Assembly: GCA_965205025.1 (NCBI GenBank)
Contig: CBDBFU010000002.1
Coordinates: 64,001-128,000 of the forward strand
Direction of reading: 5' to 3'
Source: Candidatus Poribacteria bacterium
GTDB taxonomy: Bacteria > Poribacteria > WGA-4E > WGA-3G
DNA length: 64,000 nucleotides
The position numbers were made by a program, and so were the translations under genes. The notes under the pieces were generated by a model. It saw nothing but the letters and a program-made list of their open reading frames with translations. It did not search any database and was not told the origin of the DNA. This document shows positions 41,460 to 51,714 of the stretch, in pieces (position 1 is the first letter of the stretch; each line of letters begins with the position of its first letter).

Positions 41460-42887
41460 ATGGTTTGGCATATTGCACTTTTCAATATAATTTGGCGTGA
41501 ACTCTACGACAACCTGAATAGTCTCCGATTTGCGCTTGCAACTGTGTTGCTGCTGGGATTGATGTTGACAAATGCGGTTGTCCATCTTCGGGAACATCCA
41601 GATCGGGTGAAGCAGTATCAAAAAAGTGTCACCGAATACCAGAATCAATTAACATCTCATGCTGAGAACAGTTTATATGACCTTGCGCAAGAGGGGCCTG
41701 GTAATCTATACAAAAAACTATCCGATCTCCGTTTTTGTGCTGAGGGTGGAGAAGCGTTTTTGTCAGAATACGCTGATGGAGGATACAACCGATGGAGTAC
41801 CGACACGTTAAAAAGTTTTTGGATCTTAGCGTATCCAGTAGCAACACCTAATCGGCATAATGTCCGTGTAGTTGTCACCAAAGTTGATTGGAACTTTATA
41901 ATTGGCTATGTCTTAAGTCTTATTGCTCTACTATTCACCTTCGATTCGATCTCAGGAGAACGCGAGCGTGGTACGCTTCGTCTGACGTTAGCAAATTCAA
42001 TTCCGCGGCACTTGTTACTAATTGGCAAGTTTTTGGGGGCACTGATAAGTATTAGCATTCCATTCATACTTTCGATATTGATGAACCTATTGATAATTTC
42101 CACCGCAAGTGGTATTCATCTTCGTCCAGAGATATGGGAACGTATAGGAATTATCTTCTTTATATCTATCCTTTATACTTGTCTTTTTCTGGGGTTGGGT
42201 TTACTCGTATCTGCGAAGGTAAAACGTAGTGCAGTAAGTCTTGTGATACTTCTATTAGTTTGGGTTGTATTTGTGGTATTCATGCCGATTACCCTCGCAT
42301 CAATTGCGGGTAAATATTCATCTTCAGGTCCTACGCATGACTTATGGGAAGTTTCATCAAAAATTTATAAAGAGCAGCGTTCCGAATACTACTCTCGGCT
42401 ACATAATGAAATTGAGGGTTCAATCAAGAGAATAGAATTGGATGGTGAGCATGTCATCAAAGACGCTGAACAGCAGGAACGATTACGTACAGAACAGTTA
42501 TCAGAACGGATTGCTGAAGTGAAACAGGCACGTATTATCACGCGCTTTTCACCTGTCACGATTTTTCAACATCTACTTGAGTCTTTCGCTGGAACAGGTT
42601 TTGAACGACATTTACAGTTCTTAGAGAATGTACAATCTCATGCCCGTGAATTTCGGGAGTTTATCATGGACACAGATAGAGCAGATCCAGATAGTCTCCA
42701 TATCTTAGGGGTTCGCGAGGGGATGTCAAAAAAACCTGTTATTCCTGAATCGGTACCACTGTTTGAAGATACAATCAATCTCAGTAATGATTTTAACCGT
42801 TCATTGATGGATATACTATTGTTAACTCTATTTGTTGTGGTGCTACTGTCTGGTGCTTATCTCGCTTTTGTACGCGTTGAGGTGTGA
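41460..42887 (+). CDS. ABC-2 type transporter permease, subfamily C
   Basis: RELYDNLNSLRF; GPGNLYK; ESFAGTGFERH; ends AFVRVEV. Confidence 0.88.
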   Translation: MVWHIALFNIIWRELYDNLNSLRFALATVLLLGLMLTNAVVHLREHPDRVKQYQKSVTEYQNQLTSHAENSLYDLAQEGPGNLYKKLSDLRFCAEGGEAFLSEYADGGYNRWSTDTLKSFWILAYPVATPNRHNVRVVVTKVDWNFIIGYVLSLIALLFTFDSISGERERGTLRLTLANSIPRHLLLIGKFLGALISISIPFILSILMNLLIISTASGIHLRPEIWERIGIIFFISILYTCLFLGLGLLVSAKVKRSAVSLVILLLVWVVFVVFMPITLASIAGKYSSSGPTHDLWEVSSKIYKEQRSEYYSRLHNEIEGSIKRIELDGEHVIKDAEQQERLRTEQLSERIAEVKQARIITRFSPVTIFQHLLESFAGTGFERHLQFLENVQSHAREFREFIMDTDRADPDSLHILGVREGMSKKPVIPESVPLFEDTINLSNDFNRSLMDILLLTLFVVVLLSGAYLAFVRVEV

Positions 42888-43081
42888 CTGCTATATGTTT
42901 TCAATTACCAATACCCTTTGATTCCGTATTTTTTTGAACTTTTAAGCAAAGAGTGTGTGTAACCCAATAAGTTGTATTGAAATCCAATGCATATCTAAGC
43001 ACTACAGATCGGAATTCGTAGTCACACAATATATTTGGATTGTCTTATACCTCAAAATTCTAACGCTTAAGGGGATTAAAA

Positions 43082-44683
43082 ATGCTGCAATCAATCTTAC
43101 AATTGAGAACTTTTTATCACAGACCGTTTCTGTCTTCGAAATTGATAACATTTCTACTCGTTACTACACTATTTGTTGGGTTTCAACTTGCTACACACGC
43201 AAACGCTGGTGAACTGCTACTACAGTTAGAAGATTTCAAAGACCCAGGCAGTTTAACTGTGAAACTTCAAGATGAGCGCGCTGCCGTATCAAAATTCATA
43301 GTCGAACAATTGTCTGACAAAACACAACGACTTTTAAACGAATATGATGGTGTAAACACCCCAACTGTCCCCCTTCAAAAAGCACTACTTTCCGATTTAA
43401 ATCGACTACTCCAAACGTCTCAGTTCTACGACACCCAAAGTTTTGCTAAAATCAAACTTAGTAAGCAGACCCAGCAACTACTTGCGCAAAACCCGCAACG
43501 TGGAGAAACGTTAGTTCGTCTGAATCGTCTTCTTTTAGCAGACACATACCCTTATGAATTAACTGCACCATCCGAACAGCACACCCATGAAGATTCCAAA
43601 GAGATTGAGAAATGTAGAGAGAATTTAAGACAGATAAAACTTGCACTTGAGAAATATCGTGCCAAAGAAAATAATAATCCAAAATGGCTTTCTGAACTGT
43701 CTCCACAATATTTAGACAAAAAAGTACTGCTTTGTCCTGCGGATGCGACAAAGGGTAATCCTGGCGTTTTAACAGTAGACGCCGAGGATCCGACGTTACC
43801 GTGTAGTTATCTCTACGAATTTCGTTCTTCTCAGAAAGTAGGTCAGGATATCTTATTGGAACATCAGGGTGATATGCTACCTATTGTCCGATGTCAGCAT
43901 CACCAGCTCAATTTGAGTGTCAGCGGCAAACTTTATCGTAATGGTCCTCAAAGAATTATTTACAATAACAGCACAGTGAAAATTACGCAAACCTCCTCCG
44001 TGTCAAACCCTTCCTCAGCAAATCTGCCTCCAGAAGTTAAAAAGCAAATGCAGGAAGAACACCTAAAAAAAGGTCATGGAACAACACATACCACTACCAT
44101 TCAACTTGACGGATCTAAGGACTTTCGAGCGCAACTCAAAGCGCAATTCGGTGAGGCGTACCTTGAATCACCGGAGGGAAAAGCACTACTAAAGCAGTTG
44201 GGATCGGCACAACCCACGTCATCAAATCAGGAAATACTGGCAAACCTTAAAGACAAACCGATGCCAGACATTGATTTGACTGATCTATCGGGAAAACCTA
44301 TTAAGTTAGAGGAATTGCGCAGCAAATTCGTTCTTATGAATTTCTTTTCGTTAGACTCTGACACCAGTGGGAAAAAGTTACAACATCTGGAGAAACTGCT
44401 TAAAAACCATAAAACCTCCCAATTGAAGACAATCGGTATTAGCTACAACGATTCTACAAAGGTGATTGATACGTTCAAGAAAAAACATAAACTTTCAATG
44501 CCTATCTGGCGCGCTAAAAACGACCAGATACAAGACCACCTTAATATAGATATGTCTAAATCACAAACGGAACTTATAACGATTCTTTTAAATCAGGAAC
44601 TACTTGTAATAGATGTATTTATAGATTTGAATCCAGAAAACCTTTCAGAAAAGGTTAAACAGCTAATTGAGTCGAAAGAGTAA
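43082..44683 (+). CDS. Exported multidomain protein with Cys-containing middle domain and C-terminal TlpA/AhpC-TSA-like redoxin domain lacking CxxC
   Basis: Signal-like N-terminus; CRENLRQIKLALEKY...LLCPAD..SYLYE..VRC; PDIDLTDLSGKPIKLEELRSKFVLMNFFSLDSDTS. Confidence 0.7.
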   Translation: MLQSILQLRTFYHRPFLSSKLITFLLVTTLFVGFQLATHANAGELLLQLEDFKDPGSLTVKLQDERAAVSKFIVEQLSDKTQRLLNEYDGVNTPTVPLQKALLSDLNRLLQTSQFYDTQSFAKIKLSKQTQQLLAQNPQRGETLVRLNRLLLADTYPYELTAPSEQHTHEDSKEIEKCRENLRQIKLALEKYRAKENNNPKWLSELSPQYLDKKVLLCPADATKGNPGVLTVDAEDPTLPCSYLYEFRSSQKVGQDILLEHQGDMLPIVRCQHHQLNLSVSGKLYRNGPQRIIYNNSTVKITQTSSVSNPSSANLPPEVKKQMQEEHLKKGHGTTHTTTIQLDGSKDFRAQLKAQFGEAYLESPEGKALLKQLGSAQPTSSNQEILANLKDKPMPDIDLTDLSGKPIKLEELRSKFVLMNFFSLDSDTSGKKLQHLEKLLKNHKTSQLKTIGISYNDSTKVIDTFKKKHKLSMPIWRAKNDQIQDHLNIDMSKSQTELITILLNQELLVIDVFIDLNPENLSEKVKQLIESKE

Positions 44684-44786
44684 CAGATGCGTAAGTCAGC
44701 GCCTATTCTACGTATCAATGTTATAAGTACTTCAAAACTGAGAAAAAACATGCTAACAAAACTTAGTAAAGAGGTTCCACAAGAAC

Positions 44787-46238
44787 ATGTTATTATCGCT
44801 AATTCAAAAAGAGATTATGCATCATATTCTGAGTGTTCGGTTTGTAGCACTTCTCTTAATGTGTGTTTTACTTGTCCCGCTTACGCTCTCTATCAATTAT
44901 CAAAATTATCGCCAAAATCAGATAGACTATCAAGAAGCAGTCAAACGTGCTAACGCTGAAGCAAAAGAAAATCCACCAAATGCATTAGATCCTGACAAGG
45001 AAGTTTCCAAACTTTACCTCAAACCCACGCCATTAAGCGTATTCGCTAACGGGTTAGAAGAGGCACTGCCTACCTATCTTGGAATGACCCGTAATGGTGT
45101 AAAGCAAAGTTCAACAGAACTTACCCAGGCGAGACTTTCTTTTGCGCTGGGTAATCTTGATTTTCTATTTGTTGTTAGCACGGTGTTTAGTCTGCTCGCT
45201 TTGTTATTTACGTTTGATGCTGTTGCGGGGGAAAGGGAAACAGGAACGATACGAATTACCCTCGCAAATTCCCTCCCTCGCGACCGCTTCCTGTTAGGAA
45301 AGCTGATTGGCGGATATCTTGTGTTCGTTGTTCCATTTTTTGTATCGTTTTTATTTGGTTTGTTGTTGCTTGTTTGGCAAGGGTTTCCCTTGGGTGAACC
45401 TGATATCTTCCCCCGAGTAATGACTTTGACCCTTGCCGCATTGCTCTATATTGGGGTGTTTTTTGGGATAGGCACGGTTATTTCCACTTACTTAGACAGT
45501 GCCAAAACTGCGCTCATTGTCGCATTTACCGTCTGGGTGTTCACTGTACTGATCGCACCACGTGTTGGATTTCTTGGAGCGAAAATCATCGCACCCACCC
45601 GAACAGAGCAGAGTGTCTATATGGAAAAAGCATTACTACGACAGGACCTCTTGAAAGAAAAACAACAAAAATTAAATAATAAATTTTTTGAAACCCTTGG
45701 CGATGGTAGATTCAGTTTAACAGAGGATCTTAAAGAAAAAATGGATGAACTTAGGGTACCTCTTGAAGAGGAATACCGACAGAAATTTCAGGACCAGGTG
45801 AGCAAAATTGATCGGGAGTACCAACGCCAGCAGGACCGACAAGAACGGATGGGAGAGATGTTTTCCCGAATCACGCCAACATCTTCTTTAATCTATCTGG
45901 CAATGAACTTATCACAGACAGGAAAACTGAAAAGAAACACCTATTTTGATACAGGAAACCTTTATTACGATCAACTTGATGAAGAATATTTTAAGGATGT
46001 TTCAGATGACGCCCTCGCCATGGCGACAAATCTGTCAGATCGTATGACAGCTCGTATGAATCCTTTTGCAGTATCTTCTAATCAAGAAACAGAAAAAATT
46101 TCACCTGCCCCTGACCTAATAGAATCTTCATTATTTGACACATTGAGACATTCTATGTTAGATACATTTCTTCTCTGTGTTTTTGCTGTCGCACTCACAA
46201 CGGTAGCGTTTTTGAAATTCTTCAGGTTAGATATTTGA
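44787..46238 (+). CDS. ABC-2 type transporter permease, subfamily A
   Basis: MLLSLIQKEIMHH; LKPTPLSVFANG; FDAVAGERETGT; ends FFRLDI. Confidence 0.88.
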   Translation: MLLSLIQKEIMHHILSVRFVALLLMCVLLVPLTLSINYQNYRQNQIDYQEAVKRANAEAKENPPNALDPDKEVSKLYLKPTPLSVFANGLEEALPTYLGMTRNGVKQSSTELTQARLSFALGNLDFLFVVSTVFSLLALLFTFDAVAGERETGTIRITLANSLPRDRFLLGKLIGGYLVFVVPFFVSFLFGLLLLVWQGFPLGEPDIFPRVMTLTLAALLYIGVFFGIGTVISTYLDSAKTALIVAFTVWVFTVLIAPRVGFLGAKIIAPTRTEQSVYMEKALLRQDLLKEKQQKLNNKFFETLGDGRFSLTEDLKEKMDELRVPLEEEYRQKFQDQVSKIDREYQRQQDRQERMGEMFSRITPTSSLIYLAMNLSQTGKLKRNTYFDTGNLYYDQLDEEYFKDVSDDALAMATNLSDRMTARMNPFAVSSNQETEKISPAPDLIESSLFDTLRHSMLDTFLLCVFAVALTTVAFLKFFRLDI

Positions 46239-46315
46239 TACTGATAGACAAAATGAAGAATTTTACCCAGAATTGTGCTTGCGTCTCATGAAATCCTTGT
46301 TGTACTATTCTTTTC

Positions 46316-46342
46316 TGCAACTTTTCTGGTCAGAGTGTGTTA
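46316..46342 (+). promoter_or_regulatory. Putative ECF sigma promoter
   Basis: TGCAAC-N16-TGTT upstream of the secreted protein; recurring motif. Confidence 0.45.
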
Positions 46343-46430
46343 AAAACAATTAACAAAGGTTTGATGACACAAAAGTGTGCTTATAAACAGTGGTAGCACC
46401 TCAATAATTTACACTAACAAAGGAGACATT

Positions 46431-47225
46431 ATGAAACGGAAAATTGTTATGTCAATGTTCACATTTTTGATAATTATGGGATGTGTATTCTTTTTTGGGT
46501 CTCAAGCAAATTCTTTCACTTTCACATTCGGCGAAACGATGGAATTCAAGCAAATACCATCTGACCTCCCAGAAGAATATTCAGGACCGCAAACCGTGCA
46601 AGCATTGATGGATGTCTTTGATGCCGAGTACAATCGGGTCCATTTAAAGACCACGATACGTATATCTGCCGATGAACATAGCCAATCCAGCCAATTTACA
46701 AATAATGAGATAGAGGCACGATATCCGCGGGGCGAGTGGCTTAAAATCTTGTTGGACAAAGGTTTCACCATACAGAATTTCCGAAAATATGCATCCTGTC
46801 TAACGAAAAGGCATATTTTGGCGTTTCTGGAAGATAATCCAGATTTTTGGAAAACCGGGTTCCATGGTATGCCCCTATTTTCTGGTATGCCCGTGACGAA
46901 TGATTGGGAAACTTATAAAGCCGCTTATATTGATAAGTTGGTAAACAAACATCTCAAGAAGATTCGTGAAGCAGAACAGGTTGAACAAGCCAAAACACAA
47001 ACTGAACAAGCTAAAGCACAGGTTGAACGCGCCAAGGTGCTGGCTGAACAAGCAAAGAATAAGTTCAATTCACAACAACTTGAGAACGTTAGGAAGCAGA
47101 TTGAACACGCCAAGGAACAGATTGAGCGTTTACGCGAGACTTTAGAACGTCTTAATGAATCAATGCCTCCTCCCCAAAATCCAAAACAAAAGATGAAAAA
47201 GAAACCTCGCACTATTCAAATATAG
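46431..47225 (+). CDS. Secreted protein with an unnamed domain (shared with the ECF sigma extension) and a coiled-coil tail
   Basis: AAGGAG RBS; signal peptide; YSGPQTVQALM...YPRGEWL...DWETYKAAY; EQAK heptad repeats. Confidence 0.8.
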   Translation: MKRKIVMSMFTFLIIMGCVFFFGSQANSFTFTFGETMEFKQIPSDLPEEYSGPQTVQALMDVFDAEYNRVHLKTTIRISADEHSQSSQFTNNEIEARYPRGEWLKILLDKGFTIQNFRKYASCLTKRHILAFLEDNPDFWKTGFHGMPLFSGMPVTNDWETYKAAYIDKLVNKHLKKIREAEQVEQAKTQTEQAKAQVERAKVLAEQAKNKFNSQQLENVRKQIEHAKEQIERLRETLERLNESMPPPQNPKQKMKKKPRTIQI

Positions 47226-47387
47226 CATAACGTTATAGACGTTGTGTCTATTTTGTATTCATTAATATAAATAAAACTTGCACATCTAACGTATTTGCTG
47301 GCATAGTTGTTATAACCGCCCTGCAAAAAAGAGGTTTTGTGTGAGTCATGAGGGGTTGTTTTTGCCATCATATATAGAGAATGCTAA

Positions 47388-47545
47388 ATATTACTAACGC
47401 TAATTCGTAAAGAGATGATGCATCATATTCTGAGCGTCCGCTTCGTCGCGCTCCTTGTGATGTGTCTCCTTCTCGTCCCGCTCACACTTTCTACAAATTA
47501 CCGAAATTATCGACAGAACTTAGTAGATTACTAAGAAACCGTCCT
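47388..47545 (+). pseudogene. 5' remnant of a subfamily A permease
   Basis: Start codon is ATA instead of ATG; reads LLTLIRKEMMHHILSVRF...RQNLVDY, then TAA where paralogs have CAA. Confidence 0.85.
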
Positions 47546-47563
47546 ATACTTTAAGGAGTCGTT

Positions 47564-49039
47564 ATGCTACGAACAATTATTAGACAAGAACTTTTGGCAT
47601 ACCTGATGAGCGCAAGGTTTTTTGCTGCTGTCATCATTACGCTCCTGCTTGTTGTTGCGAATGCTGTCGTTCTTCTTGAAGATTATGAACGCCGATTGGA
47701 GAGATATAGTCATCAAGAAAATGTGCATCGCGAGAAAGCACAAGAAGCAAAAACTTATTCATTTCTAAAACTTTATGTTGAACGTCCTCCTAATCCCTTA
47801 GGTCTCTTTAGTGCTGGATTGGACAAACGACTTGGGGGAACCCTTGAAATTTATCACGGTTCCGTCCCGATGATTTCAAATGCTTCAGCGCGTAGCCTTG
47901 ATAATCCATTTCTAAACCTCTTTTCAAAGATTGATCTCGTCTTTATTTTCCAAGTAGTGCTAAGTTTAATAGCACTGCTTTTTGCTTACGATGCCATAGC
48001 AGGTGATCGGGAAACAGGCACCTTGCGTTTGGTTATATCACATCCAGTGAGGCGTGGAAACATTTTGTTTGCAAAATATATTAGTGCCATGGTTTGCCTA
48101 CTACTCCCCGTGCTTATGAGTCTGTTGATGGTTATGTTTCTGTTATCTATTACCGGTTCAATTCAACTGGACGGGCAGGATTATGTTCGGATAGGTGGAA
48201 TAGTGTTGACAACAAGTATTTATCTTTCTGTATTTTACCTAATTGGACTGCTGATTTCTACGACGACGCGCCGCACAGCCACCTCCCTGATGCTCTGTAT
48301 GTTTGTATGGGTCGTTTTGGTTCTCGTTTATCCGAACTGGAGTCGGTTTACTATCAATCCAGTGGGTGATATGCAAGCAGTAAGAACATCTACTGAAGAA
48401 CATGTGAATCAGATTTGGGAAGAGGTTGACAGAGAAGAACAGCGATTTGTTGCAAATAGCCCACTTGAGGAAGACCCTCCGTGGTTTAATTTGAGTTACC
48501 ATGAACAGGGGCGCAACTACGGAGATCGTCGACAAATGCTTACATCCAAAGTAAAAGAGAAATCTGAGCATTTAGTTCCTCACGTTCAAAGATACCATGA
48601 AACGATGGAAACTTTACGTATCCGTTTGGCAGAACAAACCGCTTTAATACAAAAACAGTCTTTAGATAAAACGACCTTGCGAGAGGCGAAATGGCATGAA
48701 CACCTGATGAAACTCAGTCCGGCAGGTTTATATACGTTTGCAGCTTCCGCGTGGGCGGGTACCGATTTGGATGGAATGTTTGATTATGTTGACACTGCGC
48801 AGCAGTATCGACGTTCCCTCATAGACTATTTACATGAAAAAAACGCATTCGGCAGCCGGCAATGGTTCGACACGAGCAAAGGTGAAGTAGATTGGTGGGA
48901 TTTACCGCAGTTCCGCTATGAGCAGGCAGACGTTTGGGAGAACGCAACGCGAGCATTCCCCGAGTTGTTTTTGTTGCTACTCATCAATACGGTTTTGTTC
49001 ACAGTGGCATTTCTGCTTTTTGTCAAAATTGAAGTTTAG
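47564..49039 (+). CDS. ABC-2 type transporter permease, subfamily B
   Basis: RPPNPLGLFSAG; AGDRETGTLRL; SAWAGTD; ends FVKIEV. Confidence 0.88.
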   Translation: MLRTIIRQELLAYLMSARFFAAVIITLLLVVANAVVLLEDYERRLERYSHQENVHREKAQEAKTYSFLKLYVERPPNPLGLFSAGLDKRLGGTLEIYHGSVPMISNASARSLDNPFLNLFSKIDLVFIFQVVLSLIALLFAYDAIAGDRETGTLRLVISHPVRRGNILFAKYISAMVCLLLPVLMSLLMVMFLLSITGSIQLDGQDYVRIGGIVLTTSIYLSVFYLIGLLISTTTRRTATSLMLCMFVWVVLVLVYPNWSRFTINPVGDMQAVRTSTEEHVNQIWEEVDREEQRFVANSPLEEDPPWFNLSYHEQGRNYGDRRQMLTSKVKEKSEHLVPHVQRYHETMETLRIRLAEQTALIQKQSLDKTTLREAKWHEHLMKLSPAGLYTFAASAWAGTDLDGMFDYVDTAQQYRRSLIDYLHEKNAFGSRQWFDTSKGEVDWWDLPQFRYEQADVWENATRAFPELFLLLLINTVLFTVAFLLFVKIEV

Positions 49040-49157
49040 CTGAATACGTAGTTTGCGTAGGTTGAATAGAACGTAGTGAATCCTATAAATGTTAATTTAG
49101 TACCTGAATTACATACTCACCTTAACTAAACAATCAGCATTCTAAGGGAGAAGATGA

Positions 49158-50693
49158 ATGATATTACATATTATCAAACGAGAACTCTTCGACCACATCA
49201 ATAGCCTACGATTTGTCTTAACGACGGCAATACTTATAATCTTAATGTTTACCAACGCCTGGGTACATATAAACACACACCCCGATAAGGTGCGTAAATA
49301 TTCCAATAATATTACCAAATCTCTTGATGACTTGAAATCCCGAACAGAGTTGTACACGCTGATACGAAAGGGACCAGGCAATCTCTACAAAAGTCCGTCT
49401 TCGCTTTCTTTCATCGCCGATGGAGATGATGCTTATTTACCGAGTAACATATACAGTCCTGGGTCTTGGTCGAAATCCGGTATTGGTGGTAGAGTAAGAA
49501 GCAATTGGTGGTTAAGTTATGTCAGCGTGAATCCTGATGCGAAAGACCTCCGTCCACAAGCAACAAAGATAGATTGGGTATTTGTTATCACCTACCTACT
49601 CTCTCTTATCCCGCTCTTGTTTACATTTGACTCGTTTTCCGGTGAACGCGAACGAGGCACTCTACGCTTGTGTCTGGCAAACCCAATTTCGCGTCCTACT
49701 TTATTAGTCGGTAAATTCTTAGGAAGCTTGATAGCCATTCTCATTCCTTTTGTTTTTGCTGTGTTGCTGAATCTTGCAGTGATTTCCGCAGATAGTTGGA
49801 CACAACTGAATGCTATGGACTGGGGACGTTTGGGAATAATCCTGCTCATTGCAGTAAGTTACGCTGGAATCTTCATTGGATTGGGTTTAATGATTTCAGC
49901 GGGTACACGAGAACCTCGACTCAGTTTGATCGTTGTCCTGTTGATTTGGGTAACAGTTGTGGTTTTTGTTCCCTCAACACTTGGAACACTTTCCACAAAA
50001 TGGATGCCGACTCTACAAACAAACGATCAATTTCAAGCCGAGAAAAAATTAGCAATTGACGAGAATAACGCAGACTATAATGAGAAAATAAAGAAAGTCA
50101 AGGAGCAGAAACTTTCTGGTGCGCAAAGTAAACTTCAGCAACTGGCGAAAATGCCTCGCGAAAATGTCTCCCCTGAAGATATTAAAGCCGCTCAAGAAGA
50201 ATATAATTCAATTTGGCAGAAAGATGGAAATGAAGAATTACAAATCAAGTCAGATTTTGTTAAAAAAGATGTTGAAATCCGAGAACAGTTTAACCGCTCC
50301 CATTTAGACGCACAAACCGCTCAGATTCGGAGTGCAAGAGCAGCAACCCGGTTTTCTCCTGCAGCGATTGTCCAATACGCGCTTGAATCCATGGCAGGCA
50401 CCGGTTTTAATCGGCACTTACAATTCTTAGACAACGTGTATCTTTACAAGAAACAATTTCGGCAATTTATTGCTGATACTGATAGAGCAGACAACGAAAG
50501 TCTACACCTTATCGGTATCCCTGAAGGTATGTCTAAGAAGACGGTAACGATTGAGGCAATTCCTAAATTTGAGGACAAAATCACCTTCAAGGATACGTTC
50601 AACTCCGCGACTTTGGATCTGTTATTACTCGTCCTACTTCTCGTGATATTTTTTTCAGGAGCGTTCCTCGTCTTTTTACGCACCGAGGTCTGA
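49158..50693 (+). CDS. ABC-2 type transporter permease, subfamily C
   Basis: MILHIIKRELFDHINSLRF; GPGNLYK; ESMAGTGFNRH; ends FLRTEV. Confidence 0.88.
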   Translation: MILHIIKRELFDHINSLRFVLTTAILIILMFTNAWVHINTHPDKVRKYSNNITKSLDDLKSRTELYTLIRKGPGNLYKSPSSLSFIADGDDAYLPSNIYSPGSWSKSGIGGRVRSNWWLSYVSVNPDAKDLRPQATKIDWVFVITYLLSLIPLLFTFDSFSGERERGTLRLCLANPISRPTLLVGKFLGSLIAILIPFVFAVLLNLAVISADSWTQLNAMDWGRLGIILLIAVSYAGIFIGLGLMISAGTREPRLSLIVVLLIWVTVVVFVPSTLGTLSTKWMPTLQTNDQFQAEKKLAIDENNADYNEKIKKVKEQKLSGAQSKLQQLAKMPRENVSPEDIKAAQEEYNSIWQKDGNEELQIKSDFVKKDVEIREQFNRSHLDAQTAQIRSARAATRFSPAAIVQYALESMAGTGFNRHLQFLDNVYLYKKQFRQFIADTDRADNESLHLIGIPEGMSKKTVTIEAIPKFEDKITFKDTFNSATLDLLLLVLLLVIFFSGAFLVFLRTEV

Positions 50694-50730
50694 TTTTACT
50701 GAAATTAGCCACAGGAGTCAATTGAACGGC

Positions 50731-50759
50731 TTGGTAGGTTCGATTTCCTAACCGAACCG
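50731..50759 (+). repeat. GTAG-type REP-like repeat
   Basis: TTGGTAGGTTCGATTTCCTAACCGAACCG, the inverse of 34449-34477 with one mismatch; partial relative at 54613. Confidence 0.75.
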
Positions 50760-50922
50760 GACTTAGTTGAGTTCCTAATCATGGCACTTGTTTTTACGGA
50801 ATTATTTGTAATACGCTGAAAATCAAGGATTTTCATGAATGATCTGGAACGATTAGGAAACTGCTCCTACCGTAGTGTAAAACAATTAATAGAGATGCAC
50901 AAACTGACAAAAGGAATATATT

Positions 50923-51395
50923 ATGAAAAAACATACACTCGTTATTATTCTGATTATTGTTTTCCTGATTGTTGCATGGGTTAGCAGCACTATGATCACG
51001 ATCACCGATGAGATTAATATCGTGGATAGAATAACACATAATCACTACAAAGTTGATCCGAAAGGCCAGTTAATCGGTTAATGCGGAGATTGGCGAGGTT
51101 TCTGTTGAGGAATCAGATCATCACGTGTCTGATATTGATATTGATATCAAAAAGGAATGGAAATCAGGTATGCTGTTTCAACCGAAGTCAAAACGATGGA
51201 TTAAGGATATGCTCAAAGATTTAGAAGTCAAAATCATACGGGACCCACCCAGATGTACGGATTGACGTTAAATTCAAACGCGGAAAGCGACGTTGGAAAA
51301 GGGGATTAAAATGGTTGACGGTTAACATTCAGCTTAGAGTACCGCGTCAATATAAGGTCGTTTCAAAATGCCATGTCCAAGTGAGAGTTTGTATA
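50923..51395 (+). pseudogene. Frameshifted, truncated exported protein resembling the DUF4097 (adhesin-like) N-terminus
   Basis: AAGGA RBS; MKKHTLVIILIIVFLIVAW...YKVDPKGQL, then in shifted frames VNAEIGEVSVEES and LTVNIQLRVPRQY; ends at a MITE terminus. Confidence 0.55.
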
Positions 51396-51460
51396 AATAA
51401 CGTGAGTTTGATAAACGATATCCACGGACAAAGTGGCTTCAACTGATTTTGGAGATAGGA

Positions 51461-51562
51461 GAGACATTCCGTCAATCTCTTGTAGATATACTCCTGCTCT
51501 GCTTCTTTGCGGTCGTGTTGACAACTGTGTCATTTCTGAGATTTTTCCGTTCTGATATTTGA
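51461..51562 (+). pseudogene. 3' remnant of a subfamily A permease
   Basis: Reads ETFRQSLVDILLLCFFAVVLTTVSFLRFFRSDI*, matching the paralog C-termini. Confidence 0.85.
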
Positions 51563-51616
51563 CACAACAAATTGTGATAAACCGTAGCATATCCAAAACG
51601 CTTGGCGTGAAATAGA

Positions 51617-51642
51617 TGCAACTTTTACCAGAGTCATTTGTA
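51617..51642 (+). promoter_or_regulatory. Putative ECF sigma promoter
   Basis: TGCAAC-N16-TGTA upstream of permease 51715. Confidence 0.45.
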
Positions 51643-51714
51643 GTAAGTGTTGAAAACAATCCTATCGCATGAGATCACACAAATTAGATAAATGCAAAAT
51701 AAAGGAAATTCAAC

